Source: Gemmatimonadota bacterium
Lineage (GTDB): Bacteria; Gemmatimonadota; Gemmatimonadetes; Gemmatimonadales; Gemmatimonadaceae
Assembly (NCBI GenBank): GCA_040389905.1
Contig: JAZJZK010000030.1
Span: forward strand, 1-64,000
DNA: 64,000 nt
Direction: 5' to 3'
Part shown: positions 1-9,611 of the stretch, one piece after another
How positions within the stretch are numbered: the stretch's first letter is position 1
Layout: each line of letters opens with the position of its first letter
The notes under the pieces: model-generated
Seen by the model: the letters and a program-made list of their open reading frames with translations, nothing else
Databases searched by the model: none
What the model was told of the DNA's origin: nothing
Program-made: the position numbers and the translations under genes

Positions 1-52
1 TGGGGGAGTTTGACCCGGCCACGGGTGGAGGAGTTTGAGGTGGCCACCGGGG
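1..52. mobile_element. Probable terminal end of an IS21-family insertion sequence (element lies outside the window)
   Basis: Two 25-bp-spaced copies of TGG(G/A)GGAGTTTGA-NNN-GGCCAC (1-22, 26-47), ending in CGGGG. Multiple sub-terminal repeats are typical of IS21 ends. It abuts the truncated helicase gene. Confidence 0.6.
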
Positions 53-2136
53 ATGCGAGCCAAATGGCCAACGTGTTTGCGAAAAGCGAACGCTTTCAAT
101 CGATGATCGATCGCTTGGGCCAGCCACAACAGCTAGATCGAGAAGAGCGTGTTCGGTTTCAGCGTCTCTGTATGGACCTCAACACCCTGGACGGTGTGCT
201 GACGCGAACCAAAAAGGCCGATGTCGCGCCGTTCGCCGTGCGTCAAGCGAAGTCAATCCACCTGAGTTTCACAGACGCGGAACGCGCCTTTTACGACGCC
301 GTGACCGCATTTTGCGCTGAGCGATACGTCGCAAGTGGCGGAAACGGTTTCGGAGCCATCACATACCAACGGCAGGTTTGCAGCAGCATTCCGGCTATGC
401 GAGAGCTGTTGCGGACGATTGCCGCTGAAGATGATCGAGAAACGATCGATGATGGGACGAGCTGGTACGAGGATGATTCCGAGCGCCGGTCACTAACGCC
501 TGCGGAGCAGGAGCTGCTCGACAATGCGATGACGGCCGCCCACGCCGTCGGGGACGTCGACGCAAAGTATCGCTGCTTTGAGGAACTCATCGTCAATCTC
601 ATCGACGATCAGCGCGTTGAGAGAATCATGGTGTTCTCGTTCTTTCGCCGCACCATTCGTTACTTGGAGCGTCGGCTTGGAAGTCGCTATCGAGTCGGCG
701 TAATCATGGGTGGCATGTCACTCGAGGAACGCGCAGAAGTCGTCGACAGCTTCAAAAAGGGTGAGATCCAAATACTCCTGGCTTCCGAGGTCGGCGGAGA
801 AGGGCTCGATTTTCAGTTCTGCAATGTGCTGGTGAACTACGACCTGCCATGGAATCCCATGCGTGTCGAGCAGCGCATCGGACGGTTGGACAGATACGGT
901 CAGCGGCACGAGAAGATATTGATCTACAATCTGCTCGTCGAGGACACCGTCGAGTCGCGCATCTTCGGGCGACTTTTCGAGCGCATCGAGCTGTTCAACG
1001 CGGCGATCGGCGATCTCGAGGCAATCCTTGGCGAGGCGGTCAGTGAACTGACCAAGGATGCCATGGATCTTCGACTCACCGCCGAGCAGCAGTCAGCGAA
1101 GGCCGAAAAGTTGGCGCAGCAGCTCATCCACAAGAAGCAGATCGAGGGACAGCTCGCCCAAGGCAAAGACGCCCTTCTTTCGAACGAGCAATACCTCCTC
1201 GATCGTTTTGGCGCACTTCAGCGAGGTCGCGCGTATCTGACGGCCGACGAGCTGGCGAACTTCTGCACGGAGGCGCTCGAGCGCCACTTTCCGCGTACGC
1301 GTATCACGCGAAGTGGGAGTCGCTGGTGGCTGCGCCCAGACTCAAAGTTCGCTGAGTACGTCCGTCGAGAGATTTATGGAGCTGGCGCCGACGGACATCT
1401 TCACCACGTGTCCCACGTTCTTCGCCCGCTCGTGCGCCTTCGGTCAGCTGCGGAGGCGGAGCAGGCGATCGGAATTACGTTCGAGGCGGACGAGGGCTTC
1501 GACGATCGTCAGCTGGAGCTGATGTCGCCGCAGCATCCGTACGTGCAAGCGCTCGTGCGGCGCAGTCAGGATGAATCCCTGAACCGACTGTCGGTGGCAC
1601 GCCTCCGGGTGGCGGCGTCAGCTGACCTGGACGTTGGATCGCACGCTCTTGTTCTTTACAAGATTCAATCGACGGGCCTCCGTCCTCTTCGCCGTCTGGA
1701 GGCGGTCGCCATTCCACTGGGCAGAGGCTCACCTGTGCGAATGCCGGCGGAGTGGCTCGGTCAGTTTCTCGAAGCGATGACGGACGCTGAACAACGTGAT
1801 CGGCCCGCGAGTGGGTCCGCTTTGGACCGGGCGCTTGAATCTGGAGATCAGCTGCTCGTCGACTCGGTGCAGAGCGAGCGTAACGAGATCGAGGGTCGGC
1901 AGAACGACTTGGTGCAATTGCGGCTTGCCAGCCTGCAGTTCGCTTTTGAACAGAAGCGGAATCGACTTCAACACGCTATATCGACAGTTGCGAACGCGGC
2001 GATCCAGCGATTGCGCCGTGGCGAACTGGCGAATGCGACGGCGCGTCATGAAGCTCAGGTTGCTGCGCTGAAGGCACAGAACAAGATTGCAGTCACCTAC
2101 GACCGTGTAGCGGTCGCCCTCCTCGATGTGGTTTAG
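10..2136 (+). pseudogene. SNF2/RapA-like SF2 helicase, C-terminal part only (N-terminal ATPase lobe missing, cut off by the IS end)
   Basis: HelicC motifs present: RIMVFSFFRRT, LLASEVGGEGLDFQ, NYDLPWNPMRVEQRIGRLDRYGQ. No Walker A or DExH motif. The first ~14 codons are read from the IS end. Confidence 0.8.
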
Positions 2137-2189
2137 GCACAAGACGACATGCGAGGCCGGTCAGATTTTACATTCACTTGGGGAACTGC

Positions 2190-5100
2190 GTGACTGACTA
2201 TCCTCTCCGGCATCTCTCAATTCGTGTTCCCTGGCATGACGCGGGGTGGAATGGGACAGTCTGCGGTGCTCCACACCTGAATGGTGCCTGCGCAAAGCTC
2301 AAGCGTATCGCGGGCGCGAAGAAGGATCACGCAGAACTGCTCGTGGCGGGCAGAAGCCTTAATGATCTTCCGCGTGAGCAATGGCCGTGTTGCGTCGACG
2401 AACGAGCCACGTTCATGGCGTCCTTCGAAATGGATCAGGTAAAGCGCCATGCGCTCGCCACAAAGAGCCCGAAGCACTATGGACACTTCAAGCCCACTTC
2501 GCAGCGCTACCCGGCATACTCCGCTGGCGTAGTCCCGTTTCGCTGGATGATGAGCGCCAACTGCCAAGCGCTCGGCGACAGCCTCGAGCTCGATGTTGAC
2601 GCTTCACGCGAGCCAGACTTGGGCTACGAGACCGGGTGGGTGCACGAGGCGCAGAATCAGACGTCGCTGCTACAGGGCTTTCGCGCGCACCTTCGGGAAG
2701 AAGCTTCTGTCTGCCTCTTCTATGCAAAACACGTCCCCTTTGTCGAGGGCACCGGCAGGATACTGATTGGGGCGGGGCGCCTCAAGAATATCTGTGGGCT
2801 CACTGAGTACGATCGAAGTGGCGACGGCATGCGCGGGATGCTTTGGGAGCGACCGATTCAGCATTCGATCAGGCCTACGGAGCAGGACGGCTTTCTGCTT
2901 CCGTATCACGAGCTGCTTCGCCGCGCCGAAGAGGACCCTTCGCTCGACTTGACGCCGTACGTCGCGCACGCTCCGACTGAGCACTGGGGCGAGTTCTCGT
3001 ATGGGAGCGAATTGGTTACGCACGACGGAGCGATTTCCGCCCTGCTCTCCATCGACACTGCTCTTGCGCGTATGCAAGCGGACCTCGGCATCGCGACCGG
3101 CGGGCAGAGACAATGGTTGCATGATGAGCTGGTGCGACTCTGGAAGGTACGCGGACCGTTCCCAGGACTGGGTGCGGTGCTCAGCTCCTTTGGACTATCG
3201 CGAGGCCTGTTCGTCGCTCACGCGTTACAGGAGCGCGCCGGCGAGAACGCGGACCCGTGGCAGGCAGTGGATGCGGCGTTTCGCGACCCGACCGCCACGC
3301 TGCCAAAGGAGCTACGGCGCGATCTTAAGGAACTGGCGCCGACCTGGAAAGGACTCTCGAAACAGAGGCGTAGTACGCTGCGTCTACTCAGTCGCTTTGA
3401 GTTGACCGCCGACCAGGCTGCTTATCTCTACGACGAAGGGTCGCGTGCCGACCAGGGTTGGAACGCGACAGATCGCGAGCTTCTCCAGAATCCGTATCGG
3501 ATCTACGAGGGCACTCGGCATGCGCCCGACGGCGTACATCTCCTGACGATTGATCGTGGGGTGTTCCCGGAAGACACTGTACGCCTCCTGCACCCGCTCG
3601 ATGAGCCGTCGCAGCTAGAATCCGCCGTCGATGTGCGCCGGATACGTGCTTTCACCATCCAGGTATTGGAAGAAGCAGCTGACTCGGGCCACACGCTGCA
3701 CTTCGTTGGGGCCCTCGCGTCAGCAATTCGCGATATTGCCGTCCGGCCCTCGTGTCCCACTACCGCCGATATGCTGGCTGCGGGAGTGGCGGAGATGCAC
3801 CCCGAAGTAGTCGCAGTTGAGATGGGCGGGCAAGTAGCACTTCAGCTCGACCGCTATCGAGCGATCCGCGACCTGATCAATAAGCAGGTCATGGGGCGCG
3901 TAGGTGGAGTGCGACACGCACTTACAAGAGACTGGGCAGCGCTACTAACGGAAAAGTTCGGTCCGGCAACCGATGCGGACGAGAAACGCGCGCGTGAAGA
4001 GAAGGCCAAGGCGCTTGCAGAACTCGCCGAGTCGCGCTTCTCAGTGTTGGCCGGGCCCGCAGGCGCCGGCAAGACGTCCGTGCTCGGCATCCTGTGTTCG
4101 CAAAAGGGGATTCTTGACGAGGGCCTGTTGCTGCTTGCACCTACCGGCAAGGCGCGCGTACGAATGCAGCAACTTGCCGGCGGAACTGGAACGCGTGCTC
4201 AAACAATCGCGCAGTTCGTCAACCAGAATGGACGGTACGATGGACGAGCAGGTCGGTATCATCTGAGCGATCGGCCGAAGGTCACGGGTTTCGGAACCGT
4301 AATTATTGATGAAGCATCGATGCTTACGGAGGACATGTTGGGCGCGGTAGTTGATGCCCTTCAGGGCGTGAAGCGCCTCATCCTTGTCGGTGATCCGGCG
4401 CAGCTCCCTCCCATCGGTGCGGGTCGTCCATTCGTTGACATTATTTCGAAGCTCCGCCCGCTCTCGGAACGATCGCAGGCGTCCAACACTACGCGAGGAT
4501 ATGCCGAACTCACGATTGAGCGGCGGCAGATCGGCGTCGAGCGTCCGGATCTTCGGCTTGCCCGATGGTTCAGTTCGGCGCCTCCCTCCGCCGGCGAGGA
4601 CGACGTGTTCTGCGCCGAGCTTGAAGAGCATCCGACCCTTCGCTTGGTGAGCTGGGCGAACCCGGAGGAGTTCCAGACGAAACTTCTTACTGTGTTGGCT
4701 GAGGAGTTGAATCTCTCCAGTGTGGACCATCAAAAAGACTTCGATCGCGAGGTGGGCGCCACACGTGTTGGTGACTTCGACTATTTCAACGCAACGCGCG
4801 ACGGCAAGATTGGTGCGGTACAGAAGGTTGAGGCGTGGCAAATCCTGAGCCCACTCCGGGGAATGCCGTTCGGCGTCAGCGACATCAATCGCCAAATCCA
4901 CGAGCGCTTCCGCTCACGCACGATCGAGTTCGCGACACGGCAATTCAATCGCTCCATTCCGAAGCCCTTAGGGACGGAGCGGATCGTTTATGGCGACAAG
5001 GTTATCAACCTCAGCAATCATCGGCGAGATGGTCGAAGGGTCTATCCTGCAGAAGGCGCGCTTGGATACCTGGCGAACGGGGAGGTGGGGGTGGTCGTGG

Positions 5101-5885
5101 GGCAGTGGAAGTCCAGGGGGTACCCGAAGATCCTGAAGGTCGAGTTCTCCTCGCAGGTCGGCTACACGTATGACTTCTACGGCAACGATTTTAGGGAAGA
5201 GGGCGACGCGGCGCTCGAGCTCGCCTATGCGCTAACCGTGCACAAGGCTCAGGGTAGCCAATTCGGACTGGTGATCCTCGTGCTGCCTGAGGGACATCCG
5301 ATCCTATCACGGGAGTTGATCTACACCGCGTTGACCCGACACCAGCATCGGGTTGTGGTCATGCATCAGGGCCCACGGAGTCTGCTGAAAGAGTTCACCT
5401 CGCCGCACCGTAGTGAAACGGCACGTCGGCGCACGAATCTCTTGTCCGACTGTGAAATGCTTGAGGTGCCGCAGCCGAAGGGGAGCATCTTCTTGCAGAA
5501 AGGACTGATTCATCGGACGCAGAAGGGACTGCCGGTACGGTCCAAGTCAGAATTGCTGATCGCGGAAGCACTGCAGTCGGCGGGAGTTGGCTTCGAGTAC
5601 GAGAAGGCGTTGACTCTTGCCGGCCAGACGCGCTATCCAGACTTCACGGTCGAAGACGAAATCTCTGGACGCACCATCTACTGGGAGCACTTGGGGATGC
5701 TCGACCGCCCGGACTACCGTGCGAGCTGGGAGAGGAAGCTCGCGTGGTACCGCTCGAACGGTATTCACCTGGTGAACGAAGCAGTGGAAGGCGCGCCGAT
5801 GCTCGTCGTCACAACGGATTCTGCGGAGAGCGGTCTGGATATGGTCGAGGTGGCGAGACTCATTCGTGAGGTTTGCGGTGGTTGA
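2190..5885 (+). CDS. RecD-like SF1B helicase with a large N-terminal domain and a C-terminal PD-(D/E)xK-like nuclease domain
   Basis: Walker A GPAGAGKT, LAPTGKAR, IIDEASM, LVGDPAQLPPIGAG, LAYALTVHKAQGSQF, YTALTR. C-terminus VRSKSE...YPDFTVED...YWEHLGML. GTG start at 2190 preferred (ORF track starts at 2178). Confidence 0.85.
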   Translation: MTDYPLRHLSIRVPWHDAGWNGTVCGAPHLNGACAKLKRIAGAKKDHAELLVAGRSLNDLPREQWPCCVDERATFMASFEMDQVKRHALATKSPKHYGHFKPTSQRYPAYSAGVVPFRWMMSANCQALGDSLELDVDASREPDLGYETGWVHEAQNQTSLLQGFRAHLREEASVCLFYAKHVPFVEGTGRILIGAGRLKNICGLTEYDRSGDGMRGMLWERPIQHSIRPTEQDGFLLPYHELLRRAEEDPSLDLTPYVAHAPTEHWGEFSYGSELVTHDGAISALLSIDTALARMQADLGIATGGQRQWLHDELVRLWKVRGPFPGLGAVLSSFGLSRGLFVAHALQERAGENADPWQAVDAAFRDPTATLPKELRRDLKELAPTWKGLSKQRRSTLRLLSRFELTADQAAYLYDEGSRADQGWNATDRELLQNPYRIYEGTRHAPDGVHLLTIDRGVFPEDTVRLLHPLDEPSQLESAVDVRRIRAFTIQVLEEAADSGHTLHFVGALASAIRDIAVRPSCPTTADMLAAGVAEMHPEVVAVEMGGQVALQLDRYRAIRDLINKQVMGRVGGVRHALTRDWAALLTEKFGPATDADEKRAREEKAKALAELAESRFSVLAGPAGAGKTSVLGILCSQKGILDEGLLLLAPTGKARVRMQQLAGGTGTRAQTIAQFVNQNGRYDGRAGRYHLSDRPKVTGFGTVIIDEASMLTEDMLGAVVDALQGVKRLILVGDPAQLPPIGAGRPFVDIISKLRPLSERSQASNTTRGYAELTIERRQIGVERPDLRLARWFSSAPPSAGEDDVFCAELEEHPTLRLVSWANPEEFQTKLLTVLAEELNLSSVDHQKDFDREVGATRVGDFDYFNATRDGKIGAVQKVEAWQILSPLRGMPFGVSDINRQIHERFRSRTIEFATRQFNRSIPKPLGTERIVYGDKVINLSNHRRDGRRVYPAEGALGYLANGEVGVVVGQWKSRGYPKILKVEFSSQVGYTYDFYGNDFREEGDAALELAYALTVHKAQGSQFGLVILVLPEGHPILSRELIYTALTRHQHRVVVMHQGPRSLLKEFTSPHRSETARRRTNLLSDCEMLEVPQPKGSIFLQKGLIHRTQKGLPVRSKSELLIAEALQSAGVGFEYEKALTLAGQTRYPDFTVEDEISGRTIYWEHLGMLDRPDYRASWERKLAWYRSNGIHLVNEAVEGAPMLVVTTDSAESGLDMVEVARLIREVCGG

Positions 5886-5939
5886 GAGTTACGTCCACGT
5901 GATTTCAACCTCCACCTCGTTGTCACAGAAGGAGCGCGG

Positions 5940-8057
5940 ATGAGGAACGGGTTCAAACGTGTTGAAATCATGCCACAAGCCGCAGCTGCGGGGGCGCGAT
6001 ATGGGAACGCGGTTGCGGGGCCCTTACTCGGACTAGTAGCGGCCTTGAAAAGCCATCCGGCGAGCAAGGGCGTGGACTACGAGACGTACACGCACGCCCG
6101 AGATCCTAAGTTCAGGACCGCACGTCTGACAGATTCCCTGCGCGCACTGATCTGGCAGCTCGATGGCGAGACGCTGCTCGTGTGGGACGTCGCGACCCAC
6201 GAGGAAGCGAAGCGACAGTCCGCTAGAAGCATCTGTCGCGTCAGCGCGCTCACCCAGAGCCTTGAGATCTGCATGGTCGACGAACGCGTGAGTGACACAG
6301 AGCGGAATACGAAAAGCGGTAGCCTTCGGCCGCTCGTTCCACCAAACGTCTCTGACGCCGACCTGCGTAGGATGGGCCTTTCTGACGACATGATAGCGGT
6401 GTCGCGCGGAATCACTGATTCCGAGTCCATCGAAGCATTGGCGCGGCTACTACCCGCCTGTCAGAAGCAGCTCTTGGCTGTCAGGATGCTGGCTGACGGC
6501 GAGTCGCCAGAGATCGTTTATCGCGAGGTCGCGGCGCTTCCAGACTACATCCCTGATCACACCGACTACACCAGCGCGCTGGTGCGCTCGATTCGTGACG
6601 GTCGGCTGGAGGTACTCGCTTCTGAAGAGCAGTTGTCAAATGCCCTGCTAATGCCTTGGGAGGCCTGGAAGTCCTTCCTGCTTCCCGAACAGCGATCGGT
6701 AGCTTATGCGCCAAGGTACAATGGACCAGTTCGGGTAACGGGTGGGCCGGGAACTGGAAAGACAGTCGTTGCAATCCATCGCGTTCGGGCACTGGTGGAC
6801 GGACTTGGGCTCCTACGCGTGGGACAGCCAATTCTGTTGACGACCTATGTCAAGACACTCGTGGATCAACTCGCAGAGATGACATCGGCGTTGCTCGGTG
6901 CGGAGTCGACTGGTTTGGTGCGAGTTGTTGGGATCGACAAGCTGGTGAGCGAGCTACTAAAGCACGGATTGCATTCGTCGCGCGGGTTTGCCGTACTAGA
7001 CGACGCCGGCATCGACTCCCGAATTGGGGCGATGCCGTACGACGCACAGCTGAACATGACCCCACAGGAGATCCGTAAGTTCTGGGAGAACGTGTTGCTG
7101 GCTATGGTCGTACCATCCTGGGACGAATATCAGCGCCTCCGAAAGCGCGTTCGCGGCGTCCGCAGCGTCAACCAGGGTCTCTTCACGCAGCTGGTCAGGT
7201 TGGCCGAGGCACTGGAAACGCAGCTCGTCAAAGAGCGAAAAACGACTTTCCTGCTGCGGGTGCGCGATTGCTTGGACCTGCCAGCGGTGGGCAATGTAGG
7301 GTACCAACACGTCGTCGTAGACGAAGCCCAAGACATGCACCCGTTGCACTGGCGGCTTCTTCGGCGACTGGTTCCGTCGCAACCAAACGACATCTTTCTG
7401 GTCGCTGATGCCGACCAGCGGCTCTACCGAACGCCATTCCCACTCGCGTACTGTGGCGTCGACGTCACGAACCGCACGAAGCGCCTCAAGAAGAGCTATC
7501 GCTGTAGCATGGCAATCCTCACCCTCGCGAATCGACTCTTGGAGGGAGTGCGAGCCGAAGATCCGGATGATGACGGGAGCGAGCGCGGAATAGCGGCTTC
7601 CTTGTTCAGTGGCCCGGAGCCACGACTCAGTGGGCTTGCCGACCACGCTGCCGAGTATGAAGGGTTGGCCAACCGCCTGCTGGAATGGCACACGAATGGG
7701 ATCGCGTGGCCAGAAATGCTAGTGATGTGTCCGACGAACGCGCGCTGCAGTGAAGTGGTTACGCGACTGGCAACTCGGGGCGTCCCGGCTGGCGCCGTCG
7801 GCACAGTAGGTGTACTGACCGGTTCCGTTCGCGTAATGACCATGTATCGGGCTAAGGGGATGGAAGCAAAGGTGGCTGCCGTCATTGGAGTCAGCGCAGC
7901 AGAAATGGGGACGGCAGGTTTCGCAGTAGATGAGCTGGAACGAAAGCGGCACGTGCTGTTCGTCGCGTGCACGCGCGCGCGTCAGGACCTCTACGTGTCT
8001 TGGTCCGGTGAGCGGAGCTCGCTGCTAGCGCCTCTCTTTCATGAAGATGGGGGTTGA
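5940..8057 (+). CDS. UvrD/Rep-like SF1A helicase with an N-terminal RelE/ParE-like domain
   Basis: VTGGPGTGKT, VVVDEAQD, ADADQRLY, KSYR, TMYRAKGME, LFVACTRAR. N-terminus RTARLTDSLRALIW...LLVWDVATHEEA resembles the RelE-like fold. Confidence 0.85.
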   Translation: MRNGFKRVEIMPQAAAAGARYGNAVAGPLLGLVAALKSHPASKGVDYETYTHARDPKFRTARLTDSLRALIWQLDGETLLVWDVATHEEAKRQSARSICRVSALTQSLEICMVDERVSDTERNTKSGSLRPLVPPNVSDADLRRMGLSDDMIAVSRGITDSESIEALARLLPACQKQLLAVRMLADGESPEIVYREVAALPDYIPDHTDYTSALVRSIRDGRLEVLASEEQLSNALLMPWEAWKSFLLPEQRSVAYAPRYNGPVRVTGGPGTGKTVVAIHRVRALVDGLGLLRVGQPILLTTYVKTLVDQLAEMTSALLGAESTGLVRVVGIDKLVSELLKHGLHSSRGFAVLDDAGIDSRIGAMPYDAQLNMTPQEIRKFWENVLLAMVVPSWDEYQRLRKRVRGVRSVNQGLFTQLVRLAEALETQLVKERKTTFLLRVRDCLDLPAVGNVGYQHVVVDEAQDMHPLHWRLLRRLVPSQPNDIFLVADADQRLYRTPFPLAYCGVDVTNRTKRLKKSYRCSMAILTLANRLLEGVRAEDPDDDGSERGIAASLFSGPEPRLSGLADHAAEYEGLANRLLEWHTNGIAWPEMLVMCPTNARCSEVVTRLATRGVPAGAVGTVGVLTGSVRVMTMYRAKGMEAKVAAVIGVSAAEMGTAGFAVDELERKRHVLFVACTRARQDLYVSWSGERSSLLAPLFHEDGG

Positions 8058-8855
8058 AAGCTGCGAAGGCCGCGTAACCCGAGTAGTCCCAGCAGGTGAT
8101 TCGCGTCAATTCGAGGAGCTTCTCGAGCGGGTAATAGCCAACCGCATGCTGGGCGCCACGAACAGACGGGGCTCGCGGTAACGCGAGAAAAGTCCCGCAG
8201 TTGGAGTCGAATTGCGACAGTGTAAGTCGGTTCCGACCACACGGAGGGCGTGCAACTCGTCGCGACTGAGACGGATCGCATCGGAAGGAGCGCCAGACTG
8301 CCGGTTCTCCCAATTCATCAACTGCTGGTATAGTGTCGTTCTGAGCCGAGTGGGCGCGCAACCGGGTCTACGGACGAACCGAGATCGCGAATCCGATGCC
8401 GCTAGGACTGCTCGCTCAGTATCAGGCTGCGACGCGTTGCGAAGCGGCGAATAACCATCGACTCTCGAGAACCCGCCACTGCTGGCCCTCTCTGCGGCAC
8501 ACTCAAGTTGCATAGCCATCGGTCAGTCTGGGATACAGCAGAAAACGCCTTCGGCTCGCCAATGGATCGCGCTATGTCATACCGAACGAGGTCCATCGTG
8601 TCCAGACGCCTTTGGTGACCGGGCCGAAAGGAATCGGAGCGACGCCCGCACGCCGGCGGCCGTTATTCGACGGAACAGCAAAATCAGCGCACGGAACACT
8701 GCCGGTCATGTTGACGCGCGCCGTGCTACTAGGCAAGTGAAGTACAAGGGGACTCGCGCGACAATGACTTGCAAACAGAGCCCTTCTGAGCATATTGACG
8801 CGTCGAGCGAAAACGCTCGGACCCCACCGACGCACGCGTCATCACGGAGCCGCTT

Positions 8856-9611
8856 GTGAATCGTCGACACACCGCCATCGCAACTGGCAAATCGCAGGCA
8901 CTCATCATCTACCTAATCGATGTCAGTGGGTCGATGAAAGACAAGTTTGAAACGGCCCAGAAAATTGACTATGTGAATCAAGCACTCGAGAACATGCTGA
9001 CCGTCATGGTTCAACGCAGCATGCGAGGTGAAGTCATTTCTCCGCGCTATCGCATAGCGATGGCGGCGTACGACCACACCGTTACGGACATCTTGGACGG
9101 TGTGCGCGACATTAACTGGCTGGTGGAGAAGGGTAATCCAACCCTGTTGCCTTCCAGAGGTACGACGGAGACGGCGCTCGCATTTCGCTGGGCTCGTGAC
9201 CTGCTCCGTGCGGAATTGCCTGCGATGAAGGGGTGTCCAGCACCGATGATCTGTCATCTCACCGACGCAGAGTTTACCGGTGAGGATCCACAGCCAATCG
9301 CCGAAGAGATCATGGCGATGGGTAACGATGATGGCGCCGTCTTGATTGAAAACATTTTTATGGCTCCCGGATTGACACGAGACCCGATAGGTGATTTGGG
9401 GCGATGGAAAGGTGTTTCCCGCGACCAGCTATCAAGCGACTATGGTCGTAAGCTCTGCGATATGTCCTCCTCTCTCCCAGAGACTTATGCTCGGATGATG
9501 GCTTCAGAGGGCTACGCACTCGAGGCTGGGCGGCCGATGCTCATTCCAGGCAGCGATAGCAACCTTATCGAACTCGCATTTACGCTTGGCGGTATCACCG
9601 GGGCGGGGTGA
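8856..9611 (+). CDS. vWA-domain protein (TerY-like)
   Basis: MIDAS motif LIDVSGSM, plus GTT and HLTD. First gene of an operon; overlaps the next ORF. Confidence 0.85.
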   Translation: MNRRHTAIATGKSQALIIYLIDVSGSMKDKFETAQKIDYVNQALENMLTVMVQRSMRGEVISPRYRIAMAAYDHTVTDILDGVRDINWLVEKGNPTLLPSRGTTETALAFRWARDLLRAELPAMKGCPAPMICHLTDAEFTGEDPQPIAEEIMAMGNDDGAVLIENIFMAPGLTRDPIGDLGRWKGVSRDQLSSDYGRKLCDMSSSLPETYARMMASEGYALEAGRPMLIPGSDSNLIELAFTLGGITGAG

